This document shows positions 12,353-25,399 of a stretch of DNA of 64,000 nt, in pieces. A program made the translations under genes and the position numbers. This stretch comes from Octopus bimaculoides (Eukaryota), in contig NC_069004.1 of NCBI RefSeq assembly GCF_001194135.2, forward strand, positions 13,135,835-13,199,834, read 5' to 3'. The notes under the pieces are model-generated. The model saw only the letters and a program-made list of their open reading frames with translations, had not been told where the DNA came from and ran no database searches. Positions within the stretch are counted from its first letter, which is position 1, and each line of letters begins with the position of its first letter.

Positions 12353-13572
12353 CACACACACATGTAATGTAGATATTTAAAGAATCCTAGATTGATGAAA
12401 GTAAGGAAAATAAAATCACAAGTTTCTTTATGATTTTGTGTTTGAATTGTGTGAGACTGGAGAGGGAGTGGCAATACATTGTCAAAGCAGCCTTTATGGT
12501 TCGTTTGAAGAAATAGCTCTGTGTTTGTAGTGGTTAAGTTTGCTTGTTTAAATGAGGAAAGGGTTACACCACTAGAACCAGCCTAGAAAATAGGCTGGCT
12601 CTGGTGGGCACAATTCACAAATGGATAGGATCTCAAGATCAGCTAGGGTTATTATAAGCATGTCTAGTTTAATTAGGAGAAACATGGAAAGATATACAGA
12701 TAGACAAGTATAGAGAGAGAGGGAGGGGAGAGATAGACAGATAGAGAGATGAGGCGAGAGAGAGAGATTGAGAGAGAATATTGTTTCTAAGAATCTTTCT
12801 CTCTTCCCAACCAACATACTAACTTGTTCTAAGACTTGACGGTTAGTTCAGTACCTCTTCCATAAAGTTAAAATTCCTTGAAAGCATCTCATTTCGAATG
12901 TGAACAATTTAATCTCAATCTTTTTGGGAATATAAGAGTAGGATTACAGAATAACTGCACCTAACAGAAATAGTCACAGACAATGTACTAGCATCCGTAT
13001 AATCGCTAAAATCTAAGAAGATGGTGCTGCTCTACTATGGCCACAGGCCAAAAGACTGAAACCAGTAAAACATAGAATTTGACAAGGAACATACAATAAT
13101 AAACATTAATATAGAATTAATATTAACTAATACCTGAGATGCGTTGCCAATTTTTCAAACAATTATGGAAATAAATAATGTCTTATCAATTAAATGTAGA
13201 AGCCTCAACATGGTGGTTCAGTCTGCTAGAGATAGCAGCAAAATTGTTCCTTATTACATTAGATAAGGAAAACATTCTTTAGATAATGGAGTCTGAAAGA
13301 CCTCTAAAAATAAAATAACCCACAAGACTGCAATGATTGAAATGCCTTTGAGCATAGGTCATGCTCCAACAGAGCTGAGATAGGCTTAAGCAACACAACA
13401 GGGATATATAGACACACTTGAGACTAGAGATACACAAACATACTTAAGACTAACAGCATAAAAATCATATAGCAGAGGAAAAAATTCTATTCCTTAAATT
13501 TGTAGTTATGCAAAGAAATACGAGACAGGACTGGTGATGCCATTTCCTAAGTCACACCATAATAGATCATAT

Positions 13573-13622
<50 letters not shown>

Positions 13623-14113
13623 GCAGACAGAGAGCGAGATGTGATGTTAAGGAAGTAACAATTAAGACATTACTTTTATCCATCACTTTTTTAAAAACTG
13701 GACAGTCAGAAATTTGGTTGCCTATGGTTTGCTTTTCCTCTTTTCACTCGTTCATTACTGCCATCCTGACGCCCTTGGATGTGGCAAAGACATAAGTGAT
13801 CCTCTTTCATCTCGCTGCTGCATTAGTACACTTACTTCCACATAAAAACAAGGATTGGTTGAGACCAGGACAGAAATTCAGACTCACTTTGAAGTATTTC
13901 TGATTAAGTGTGTATACATCTGGCACTGGAAGTGACATGTCATGTTTAACTCTTTGGACATGGAAAGCAGATATATCTGCTCAAAGTTTTATTAATGTTA
14001 ACTGCAGGAAGCGCTTTTACTCCATGACTTTAAAAAAAACAACCTCTCTTAATACTGCAAGAAGCAGAAATCCCCCCAGTGAAGCTTTTTAAAAATGACA
14101 AGTCTTCAGATAT

Positions 14114-14519
14114 TACTCTTTACTCTTTTACTCTTTTACTTGTTTCAGTCATTTGACTGTGGCCATGCTGGAGCACCGCCTTTTTGTCGAGCTAATCGAC
14201 CCCAGGACTTATTCTTTGTAAGCCTAGTACTTATTCTATCGGTCTCTTTAGCCAAACCGCTAAGTTACGGGGACGTAAACTCAACAGTATCGGTTGTCAA
14301 ACGATGTTGGGGGGACAAACACAGACACACAAACACACATACATATACATAAATACGACGGGCTTCTTTCAGTTTCCATCTACCAAATCCACTCACAAGG
14401 CTTTGGTCGGCCCGAGGCTATAGTAGAAGACACTTGCCCAAGGTGCCACGCAGTGGGACTGAACCCGGAACCATGTGGTTGGTAAGCAAGCTACTTACCA
14501 CACAGCCACTCCTACGCCT
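14114..14519 (-). mobile_element. Young full-length tRNA-derived SINE family A
   Basis: tRNA-like head with A/B boxes (tggctgtgtggtaag..ggttccgggttcagtccc), CpG-rich body, (GAGTAAAA)n tail. Confidence 0.9.
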
Positions 14520-14599
14520 TAATTTTTTTTTCTTTTTTCTTTTCTTTTTTGCATATTTAATCAAATATTTCTTTACAGAACCAGAATCAAATACTTTTA

Positions 14600-14830
14600 A
14601 TGGTGGATATGAAAACTGTACCTACAGGAGATAATGAAAAAATATTGCTGAAGCAGAAAATATCAATTCTATATTTTGGTGGATAATAAAAATGGAGGGA
14701 AGTTGTGGAAGAGGGAAACTCAGAAAGACATGAGATGACATATTGAAGGCTGATCTCAAGACACTGAACTTTACAAAGGAGATGATAGAGGAGCAAGATA
14801 TGTGGCCCATCCATCACAACAAAACTGAGA
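14600..14830 (+). mobile_element. RTE LINE C-terminal remnant
   Basis: GSCGRGKLRKT*DDILKADLKTLNFTKEMIEEQDMW matches the RTE GRGRP.KTW motif. Confidence 0.75.
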
Positions 14831-16135
14831 TCATAAAACCAAGTTTGTTCAAATAAAATGCATTGGTGTGGATGCTGGTGTCATGTAAAAAGCACGGGTA
14901 ATGGAATCACAGAAAAAGCATCCAGTACACTTTGTGGAGTGGTTGGCATTAGGGAGGACATCCAGCTATAGAAATGATGCCAAAACAGACATCAATAATT
15001 TTTGTTACAAGGTATTTAAAATACCTGTACTTGTCTATGTTGTTCAAAAACATGCCACTGGCCACTTCAAGCTATTTCTTTTAGCTCATTTTTGTGTGTA
15101 TGTGTGTGTGTATAACAATTTATTTTGAAAATGGTGAAGAGCATTTATTTTTTGAAACACTCCTTGGTGCCATGCAAAAAGGCACTGGTGCTAGTGCCAT
15201 GTAAAAAGCACCCAGTACACTCTGTAGAGTGGTTGGCATTAGGAAGGACATGCAGTTATAGGAATCAAGCTAAAACAGACTATGGAACCTGGTACGACCC
15301 TTGGCCTTGCCAGAGATTATCAAGCCATCCAACCCATGCAAGCATGGAAAATGAAAGTAGGATGATGATGATTTTATTAAAAGGCACTTTATCTCACACA
15401 GCCCTGAGTTTCTCTGTAATCATTTTGAGAAACCTTGGACTTAGAGAATAGCAGAATAGAATAATTTAGGATAATTTATGGATTTTTAAGAGAATGATAG
15501 AATAGAATGTTATAGACTTTTAGGATATATGAATGACAAGGAGTTTGATTATAAACTTCATCTCAGTGTAGATTGCTAAGATGTGAACTAAATAGCTTTG
15601 AATGCCTGAATAGGAAAATTACATAAAATAGGAGAACAGACTGTGTTTCCCATTGCACTGCAATGATTGTTGTTCAGAAAATAGTTAATATAGGAATAAC
15701 TGAATTGCAGAATGGAAAAAAAAAATATACAGGAATGAGTTAGTGACCTTTCTAACAAAATAGGAATAGTTAAATAAGAGAATGTCAGAAGAGAATAAAA
15801 GAATGGGTTAGGGGCAATTTGTATAAAATTGTATGGATTGCTGCCAGAGTTGAACAGATAGCAATGTGGAGAAAAACTGAATAGGAGAATGACAGAACAG
15901 AATATAATAGAAAAACAGATTGACAAATTTATCTGATTACTGATCACTGCCCTGGAGTCAAAGAATTTCTGAGGAGTCTGGGCGTTGGCTAAATTATGTT
16001 GCACCACCTGCATTCCATCTCTGATTACTCTTCCTTTATCAGAGAGAGAGAGGGGGGAGAGAGAGGGGGAAAGAGAGAGAGAGAGAGAAGAGGACTATTA
16101 CATTATATTATCTTTAGTTATCATTCCATTTTCAG

Positions 16136-16237
16136 TGCCAAGACTGAAGAATTCTCAGGATTTAACTTTCAGCAACCATTGTTATCTTATCTCATTCATA
16201 GAGACTATATCCCCAGTCCTAGTATGGCTGGGTTAAT
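16136..16237 (+). other. Candidate 102-nt internal exon (phase 2-2)
   Basis: ccattttcag acceptor, AAT|gtaagc donor; open frame AKTEEFSGFNFQQPLLSYLIHRDYIPSPSMAGL; no homology recognised. Confidence 0.3.
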
Positions 16238-16580
16238 GTAAGCAGTGGGTGGGTAAAACAGGACAGAATATTGTTTAGCAGGAGAGAGAGTCACGAGATG
16301 TCAGTGGGGGTGGAGTGGAGCAGAAAATCTCATTACATGTGTACTTGTATGGCTGTGTACATGTGCACGTATATGCATATGTGGTAGGTTTCTAGCTAGA
16401 AGAACCTGAGGTGGGGGGGGGGTTGAACCTATTTAACTCGTTAGCATTCAGATTACTCTCTCAAATATAATGCTTATTTATTCACATTATTTTGAATTAA
16501 TCATGCATTATCTCGTAGCTAAGAGATTTCCATGACGTGATAGCTTATTTTTAGAATGACATTGTAGGATGGGTGAGAAG

Positions 16581-16696
16581 TGGAGGTGCATGGCTTAGTG
16601 CTTAGGGTGTCAGATTCATGATTGTAAGATTGTGGTTTCAATTCCTGGACTGGGTGACACATTGTGTTTTTGAGCAAGACACTTCATTTCACTTGG
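16581..16696 (+). mobile_element. SINE family C tRNA-like 5' head
   Basis: ggaggtgcatggcttagtg..gtggtttcaattcctggactggg, homologous to the head of 51453. Confidence 0.75.
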
Positions 16697-16744
16697 TTCT
16701 CCTTGATCGGGTTCATAAGTTCTCCTTGATCGGGTTCATAAGTG

Positions 16745-17060
16745 AGTCTCTAATTTGATTATTCCCTCTCTTGCATCATCACTGCAACCCTTGTCACATC
16801 GATGTGACATCACCAGTCTTAGTTTTTGTTATTACCCCAGGAAGTGCTCTGATGACCTTTCTCTCTTAGTTCCAAGATCACTTTGTGCTATCACACCTGA
16901 CTCAAAGCTCACAGCATCTTCATCCAAATGCTGTTGTGCATCCACAAATAAAAAAGTCTTTCTATGGTTGTAGCTCTTTTCTTCCTTGAACTGCCAGACA
17001 TTGGAATACTCATCCATTTCATTGTTTCCCTCCTCCTAAATTCTTTCCTTTCATCTTAAT
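16745..17060 (+). mobile_element. CR1/L2-clade LINE 3' remnant
   Basis: SLQPLSHRCDITSLSFCYYPRKCSDDLSLLVP matches the CR1-type C-terminal motif LQPLSHRR.VASL..FY.YY.G.CS.EL..LVP. Confidence 0.8.
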
Positions 17061-19014
17061 TTCTCCTTCTTCACAGTCCCTTACACTAGGTGGCTTCTCA
17101 TCTTGTTTGGGAGTTTCTTACAAAAACAAAAAAAGAGAAAAAAACCAAACTACCTGTTCATTGAACTTGGGTATAAGTGGTTGAGTATTCCACAGACATG
17201 GGCAACTTTAACAATTCTCAAGTGAAATTATCATTACAAAACTGGACTTTGAATTCTATGAACAATTCCTTCAATAGGTTTCTATGCAGTTTCTATCTTC
17301 CCAGTTTCACTTACATGACTTCAGTTTATCTAAGTCTATGTTAAAAGAAATCTGCCTCAGATGCCAAGCATTAAGATTGAACCTGAAACCTCATGATTAT
17401 GTATTAAAACTGCAAGACCTTTCACTTATGAACTCAGAATTTGTGACTGGGCAGAGTGCTTGGTCAACTTCAGAAGCTGTAGTTGGCATTGATATCTTGT
17501 GAAAACAATGCATGTGTATGTGTATGTATGCACGTGTGTGTATGCATGTGTATGTGCACATGTGTGTGTGTGTGTGTGTGTATGTGAATACATGTGATGG
17601 CATGCATATCTATGTATATAAATGCATGATATTGTGTGAGGGTTTAAGTGTATATGGCATTATAAGATGTGTGTGTGTGTGTATGTGTTCGGGTAGGGCT
17701 GTGTGTATTTGTTGATATAAATAAAGAGCTCAAGTATAAGCACATGGACATGTAATGACATATTTATCTTTTTATTACAAAAGTGTGTAGGAGGCAAAGA
17801 GCCACAAACAAGCTTACACAAAAGCAGATTTAATGAGTAAAGGGATAAGCTGCACCATGTATGTATGAGCAAAAATAATTTCAACCCTCACGTAATACCA
17901 CGACCACCATCCCTCTACCTCCACCACCATCATCTCTACTGCCTTATCATTTACTGTATTTAGAATGCAGCAACACAGGTTCATTATGTGGTGGTGGTGG
18001 TGGAGCAGAGTGGTAGACAGAATAAAGTTAACAATGTCATGTTTACTTGTGCATATTACTATGCAAACGTATAGCAATTTCTGATTATACATCTGGCAAT
18101 CATAATAAAAACTGCTTTGCTGAGGAGATCTAATACCATTGGAACAAACCCAGAGTATCTACCTAATCTATCACCAGAGTTCATATTAATTCCTCCTATT
18201 ACCAATTTTAATCAATTGTGATTTCAGTGTAGTTGACCTGTTTGAAATTTACCAAGATTCATAGTAATCGCTCCTGTCTGTCTTGGGTAGATTTAAGCAT
18301 TGATCCAATCTTTGAAAATGGATTGGACTGCCTATGTTCAGTCCACTGCGGAACAAAGGCCTCAGCATGTTCTCTCCACCAACCATTGTCTGATGTGAAG
18401 GCTGTAAACTTGAGCTTTAGATCCTATTGGTTCAACGAGCCTGCTCTGTCACACTGGCTTAACATGGTTTGACAGAGTGTACTCTTACCCAGGAGTAGTT
18501 AAGTCAATTACATCGACCCTAATGTTCAGCTGATACTTATTTTATCAACCCCAAAAGGATGAAAGGCAAAGTCAGTTTTGGTGGAATTTGAACTCAGAAT
18601 ACAAGGATGACCAAAACACTGCTAAGCATCTCATCTGGCATGTTAACGATTCTACCATTTGCTGTCAATCTTTACCTCTAATTAAATTCAAATATATTAA
18701 CTCACATGCATTATATTCTTGATTAACTGAGAATTTAGACTTACACTCGGCTGAGTTTCAAATGTAGCAAAAGTCAGTAAATGCCATGTTACAATCCAGT
18801 CAATTTGGTCAATCAATCAGTCAGAATGATAATAGATCACCAATGCCGGATCAGGTTATTTTACAAACGTCGGCTTATGACACCTCTGTTTTAGATGCTG
18901 TTTTGAATATTTTCCCCAGTTATTTTTTGTCTTTGATCTTTCCAAGGTCAAGAAGATACTAGTCATGTAGATGGGTTGACTGAAATCAATTATATTCACG
19001 CCTCTGCAAAATTA

Positions 19015-19116
19015 TGCCCTGAGTTGATAAATTAAGTACCAGCGAAACACTGGGGTCGATGTAATTGACTAGTCCCCTCCCCACAAATTTCAGGCCTTGT
19101 GCCTTTACTAGAAAGG

Positions 19117-19148
<32 letters not shown>

Positions 19149-20406
19149 AAAGGTGATGAGCTGGCAGAATCATTACCGCACCAGACAAAATGCTTAGCGG
19201 CATTTCATTCACATGTCACTGAGGTCAACTTTGCCTTTTATCCTAAGTACCAACTGAATCCTGGGGTTGATGTAATCGACTTACGCCCTCCCCCACAATT
19301 GCTGGCCTTGTGCCAAAACTTGAAATCAACATTATTATTATTATTATTATGTTTTAAGTTCAAATTCCACCGAGGCCGAATTTATCTTTCATCTTTTGGC
19401 GTTTCTAAAAGAAGTACCAGTTGAATACTGGGATTGATGTAATTGACTTAATCCCTCCCCTGAAATTTCAGACCTTATGCCAAAGTTTGAAATCAAGGTG
19501 GTGAACTGGTAGAATTGTTAGCACACTGGGAATAATGCTTAGCAGCATTTCTTTCGATTTTATGTTCTAAGTGTGAATGCTGCCAGGGTTGGCCTTGCTT
19601 TTCATCCATTCAGGGTCGATAAAATAAGTACCAGTCAAACATGGAGGTCAAGGTAATTGAATCACTCTCTCTTCCAAAATTGCTGGCCTTGTGCCAAAAT
19701 TTGAAAGCAATATCAATTATTTGGAGGCACGTAGCTTAGTGGTTAGGGTGTCAGCATCATGATCGTAAGATTGTAGTTTCGATTCCTGGACCGGACCGGG
19801 CTACGCGTTGTGTTCTTGAGCAAAAGACTTCATTTCACGTTGATCCAGTCCATTCAGCTGGTAAAAATGAGTAACTCTGTGATGGACTGGCATCCCGTCC
19901 AGCTGGGGAACACATACGCCATTGAAACCGGGAAACCGGGCCCATGAGCCTGGCTAGGCTTTAAAAGGGTGCATTTAATTATTTATTTATCATAATTATT
20001 ATTATTTGTAACAAGGGAAAAGAAACAAAATGAACAATACACAGAAATAAAGAAACACAGAACTTGAACTGGAATATCCTGTGTTCTTTTTCTAGATGCA
20101 GGATATTGCAGTTCAAATTCTGAATTTCGGTATTCCTATTTTCATTTTCTTTCTTTTTCCTTGTTGCTGGTTATAAAAAAGCGAAACTTGATAACATCAT
20201 TTTTGTCAAGAAAGGAATNNNNNNNNNNNNNNNNNNNNNNNNNNNNNNNNNNNNNNNNNNNNNNNNNNNNNNNNNNNNNNNNNNNNNNNNNNNNNNNNNN
20301 NNNNNNNNNNNNNNNNNNNNNNNNNNNNNNNNNNNNNNNNNNNNNNNNNNNNNNNNNNNNNNNNNNNNNNNNNNNNNNNNNNNNNNNNNNNNNNNNNNNN
20401 NNNNNN

Positions 20407-20443
<37 letters not shown>

Positions 20444-20890
20444 GAAGAAGGTGGCGAGCTGGCTGAATGATTAGTATGCTGGGCAAAAAGCTTAGTGGTA
20501 TTTTGCCCAACGCTACGTTCCGAGTTCAAATTCCGCTGAGGTTGACTTTGCTTGCCATCCTTTCAGGGTCGAATAAATTAGTACCAGTTATGCACTGGTG
20601 TCAATGTAATCAACTTATCTCTCCCACCAAATTTCAGGCCTTGTGCCTATAGTAGAAAGGGTTATTATTATTATTATTAAGGTGGCAAGCTGGCAGAATC
20701 AGTGTCCTGGAGAAAATGCTGCTAAGCATTTTGTCCATCTTTATGTTCTGAGTTCAAATTCTACCGAGATCGATTTTTGCCTTTCATCAGTTTGGGGGTT
20801 GATGAAATAAGTACTAGATGAGTACCGGGTTGATGTAATTGACTAGCTCTCTCCCCCAAAATTTCAGGCCTTGTGCCTTTAGTAGAAAGG

Positions 20891-20943
<53 letters not shown>

Positions 20944-21115
20944 GGCAGTAATCTGGCGATTGTTAGCATGTCAGGCAAAATGCTTAGTGGCATCTCATCC
21001 ATCTTCATATTCTCGGTCTAATTCTGTCAAGGTTGACTTATCCTTTTATCCCTTTGGATTTGATAAAATAAGTACCAGCTGAATGCTGGGGATCAATGTA
21101 ATCAACTTACTTTAC
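19015..21115 (+). mobile_element. Cluster of about seven same-strand SINE family B copies with (TTA)n tails, plus one family C copy (19723-19980)
   Basis: Repeated aggtggcgagctggcagaat..tcaggccttgtgcc..gaaaggattattatt units at about 19015, 19149, 19355, 19496, 20447, 20679 and 20941. Confidence 0.9.
20008..20167. repeat. About 160-bp imperfect inverted repeat with a 22/24-bp core stem
   Basis: cagaacttgaactggaatatcctg (20058) pairs with caggatattgcagttcaaattctg (to 20122); purine and pyrimidine flanks extend the arms. Confidence 0.85.
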
Positions 21116-22249
21116 TAGATATAGCTCAGCCTACTAGTTATGGCAGCTGAGTTCCACAAATCACAACCTTTCTGTCTTGAACTAGGAACAGCCTATTTGA
21201 TAATGTATTCCCAGATATACAAAATGATGGGCGGACAGTCACAATTAGTCCTTGCTCAAATTTTCTCAATTACAGCAGATCTGTGACTAACCAACCACAA
21301 ATTTACTACGCTGCATCCACTCCTAGCATTTATGAATGAGTAAAAATGATACATCCTCTCATTAACTTACAGGCCTAACAACATTTGATAGCTTCAGACT
21401 ATGGCCTCACATTCTACACATTCCCAAAACTGCATCACAGGGGTTGGGTTTCCTCTTCAGAGACACTTTATCCTTGAATATCTTAGCTAACCCTTTGCAA
21501 GGGTCAGATACACCATATGCAAGAGAGACAAGAAAGACACTCCCTACTGTGATAATACACCTACAATTAAACACAGTCTACATACAAGAATGGTCTCTTT
21601 CTCTCTACCAATTTACCTCTCTCTCTCTCTCACACAAAAAAGTTCATTATTGTGTTGTTTCTTCTTCATTTATCTCTTCTTATTCTAGTAACAACATTCT
21701 CTGTATCTCTTAACTTGCTGTCTGTACATTGATGCTGAGTAAACATATTCCATATACAAGCCTCTTCCAGCCATTCTCAGTCAGCTCCTGTACCCTACCT
21801 TTCAAACACAGTACCCTTGCATCCTTGTACCCATATACTATAAATCCTTCCTCTCACCCATGAAATTATACCATCCCTTGTAAACTTCCTTTCTAAACAC
21901 TTCCCTGTCATGTAACACAATCAGTATTTTTGGCTTTGGAAACTGGATTCAAACATAAACTAGATCTCAAAGGCCAGGTAAGTACAATTATTCCTAAAAA
22001 CCCTTTTTATAATATTGGCCAAAGTAAATGAATAAAGAGGTCAGTATACAACTGATAATTTTCATCATCATTATTTAATTCTATTTTCCATGCTGGCATT
22101 GTTTGGATGGTTTGACAGGAGCTAGCAAGGCAGACGGCTGCATCAAGCTCTAATCATCTGCTTTGGCATGATTTCTACAGCTGGATGCCCTTCCTAATGC
22201 CAACCACTTTTCAGAGTAATGGGTGCTTTTTACTTGGCACCAGTAAAGG

Positions 22250-22545
22250 TGAGTGGCTTAGTGGTTGGGGTATTCAGCTCATGATAGTAAGGTCATAAGT
22301 TCAATTCCAGGCAATGCATTGTGTCCTTCAGCAAGACACTTTATTTCACATTGCTCCACTCCACTCAGCTTGCAAAAATGAGTAGCACCTGTAATTCCAA
22401 GGGCCAGCCTTGTCACATCCTGTGAACTACATCAGTGGTATGCATGTCTGTGGAGTGCTCAGCCACATGCACATTAATTTCATGAGCAGGCTGTTCCATT
22501 AATCAAATCAACTGGAACCCTCATCATAAGTGACCAAAGTGCCAG
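22250..22545 (+). mobile_element. SINE family C
   Basis: Head plus cagccttgtcac..gtggagtgctcagccac..gagcaggctgttcc block as in 51453-51837. Confidence 0.8.
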
Positions 22546-23664
22546 ATTTTCACTTGGCACCAGCATGGGTGTTTTTCACATAGAACTGGTGGTAAAAAAA
22601 ATATAAAGATTTTTTTGTTTTTCTTTTATAAAATTCAGCTAGGGTGCACAGTAAATATTATTGTGAGCCAGATGCAACCTGTGAGCCGTATGTTTGATGC
22701 CCCAAAGTTTACAATCTCATCTAAAACAGCCCCTCTTCCAAAAGCTGACCTGCTGCAACAAATCAAGCTGAATATTATTATTGACTCCAGCACTGGAGGA
22801 CCTGCCAAGAACATTGGCAGTGTCTCTTCTTCTTGATGACGCCTTCAAATGTATGCAATAAAAAATAGAAAGCTGAACACTATGCCCATCTCTGATTTAA
22901 AGGTATGTGAATAGGCTACAGGTATTGCATCCTCTTACCCAAGCGAAATATAAGCCTGAAGAGTCTCATGTTATATGCATGCATGCAGACACACACATTT
23001 CCTTATATAACAAAACAAGGTAGCATGTTTATATTCAGGCAATGTATGAGAGAGAGGAGGAGAGAAAGAGAAAGACAGAGAGAGAAAGACAGAAAGAAAG
23101 GAAAAGAGACAGACAGACAGAGAAATAAAAGAGAGAAAGTGAGAGAGTGGGGGTGGAGAGTTGGTGAAATTTTCCTCGCATGAATTTCTTAGGTCTTTTG
23201 CACCATAGAAACAAAAAAAAAAAAAAAGGTCAGCAATAACAAAGTGTTCCACACACACAGCTGCAAACATACATATACATGTGGCCATAAATATACACAT
23301 ACACAAAAACTGCCCATATCAGACGCAGAGCAAGAGTGTCAACATGCGCGCACAGAAGAGATAGAGTTTCACATAATTAGTCAGTATTTGGATGTGGCTG
23401 GCTCTATGTCATACTTCAAAGGAGAAATTTTATCTATTTATCTAAACACACAAATACATAGAAACAGACCAACATGCATACACTCTATACTAAATACTTA
23501 AGCAATAGTCATGGTAAGTTGAAACTTTCAGACTCAGAAGAAAAACAACCCATTTAACACTTAATTCTTCAAATTCAGTCTAACGTATATATTGTTATTA
23601 CTATAACAATATACGTTAGACTACCATATTGTTATTGCTAAACAGTTGCTGCAATGCTAACTTT

Positions 23665-23845
23665 CTTTAACCCTTTAGCATTTCAAACAGCCATATCCAG
23701 CCAAAATATTCTGATTCTTTCATGTTCAAACTGGCCAGATCCAACAACTCACACCTACCCTACAATGTCATTCTAAAAATAAACAATCGCATCATCAAAA
23801 TCTCTAAGCCATAAGATAATGCAGGATTAATTCAAAACAATCATC
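23665..23845. mobile_element. piggyBac-like MITE, partial
   Basis: ttaaccctttagcatt terminus and family body. Confidence 0.75.
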
Positions 23846-24225
23846 ATCATCATTTAACTTTTGTTGTCCATGCTGGCATGGGTTGGACAGTTTGACTGGG
23901 CTGGCACACTGGAAGGCTGTGCCAGGCTCCAGTCTGATTTGGCATGATTTTCTATGGCTGGATGCCCTTCCTAATGCCAACCACTCCGAGAGTATACTGG
24001 GTGCTTTTATGTGTCACCGGCATGGGTTCCAGCTGTGTGACACCGGTATCTGCCATGATTGCGATTTTGCTTGGCTTGATGGGTCTTTCTCAAGCACAAC
24101 ATAATGCCAAAGGACTTGGTCATTGCCCCCATGAGGCCCAACACTCGAAAAGAATTTGACCACTTTGTCTCCATGAGGCCCAATGCTCAAAAGGAACTCA
24201 ACCACTTTGCCTCCAGGGTTAATAA
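23843..24225 (-). mobile_element. RTE LINE 3' UTR fragment
   Basis: (cat)n tail plus ccatgctggcatggg..ggatgcccttcctaatgccaacc block. Confidence 0.8.
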
Positions 24226-25004
24226 AGATTTGTTACAGAGGAACTGGCTTTCTTAAAGATGAATTTAAAGATAGAGAAATACACATAGGCACAGGCATGG
24301 CTGGATCTCTAAGTTACATGGATGTAAACAAGCCAACACTGATTGTCAACAGGTGGCAGTGGTGGGAAGGACAAGCACAAAAACACCTACACATAGATAT
24401 ATAAATGATACGCTTCTTTCAGTTTCCATCTACCAAATCCAGTCACAAGGCTTTGGTCAGCCTGGGGCTACAGTAGAAGATACTTGTCCAAGTTGCCATG
24501 CAGTGGGACTGAACTCAAAACCAAGCGGTTGAGAAGCAAACTGCTTACCGCACAACCATACCAGCACAGAATGTTAATTTTCTATGATAAAGATTTGTTA
24601 CTTAGGAATTGGCCTTCTTAAAGATGGGGTGAATTCAAAGATAGAGAAATACACAAATAAAAGCCATATGTATAAATATTTCATTCTATGTTTCACTTTG
24701 TTTTAGTTATTGGACTACAGCTATGTTAGGGCACCATCTTGAGGGGTTCACTTGAATAAATAAACCCTAGTACTTATTTTTAAGTCTAGTTCTTATTCTA
24801 TCTGCCTCTTTTAATGAATTGCTTAGTTATCAGAATGTAAACAAACAACAGCAGTTGTCAAGAGGTGATGGTAAGAGAGGCACAAACACAAGAACAGACT
24901 TATACATATATCACAGGCTTCCACACAGTTTCTACCTACCTAATTCACTCACAAGGCATTGGTCATTCTGAGGCTAAAGTAGAAAACACTTGCCCTACGT
25001 AATG

Positions 25005-25399
25005 TTTATTTATTCACATTGTTTTGTAGTAATCATGCATTATCTCATACCTTTGAGATTTTGATGACTGCATACTTTAAAAATAACATTGTAGGGTAGG
25101 TGTGAGAGGCCAAATCCAACCAATTTGAACATAAAACAGGTAGAATATTGGGGGGGGGGGATATGGGTAATTTAACCCTTGAGCATTCAGACTACTTTGT
25201 CAAATGTAATGCTTTTTTATTCACATTATTTTGAATTAATCATACATTATCTCATAACTTTGATATTTCAATGATGTGATTGTATATTTTTAGAATGACA
25301 TTGTAGGATAGATGTGAGAAGCCAGATTTGGCCAGTTTGAACACAAAACAGGTAGAATATTTTGGCTGGATATGGACGTTCAAAATGCCAAAGAATTAA
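25005..25399. mobile_element. Two adjacent piggyBac-like MITEs (second at 25172-25399)
   Basis: TTAA-ccc..tt-TTAA termini and repeated family body. Confidence 0.8.

Noticed and set aside
21440-21980. Possible Penelope RT remnant, and a CAG|gtaagt donor at 21978
   Set aside because: Motif similarity (ASLYP, HNQYF) is too weak and fragmented; no convincing acceptor
22639-22902. Apparent plus-strand exon (acceptor, stop, AATAAA, AAG|gtatgt donor)
   Set aside because: Its 5' part (gagccagatgcaacctgtgagccgtatgtttgatgcccc) looks like a CpG-decayed hAT MITE terminus; no frame is open through to the donor except a short late ATG
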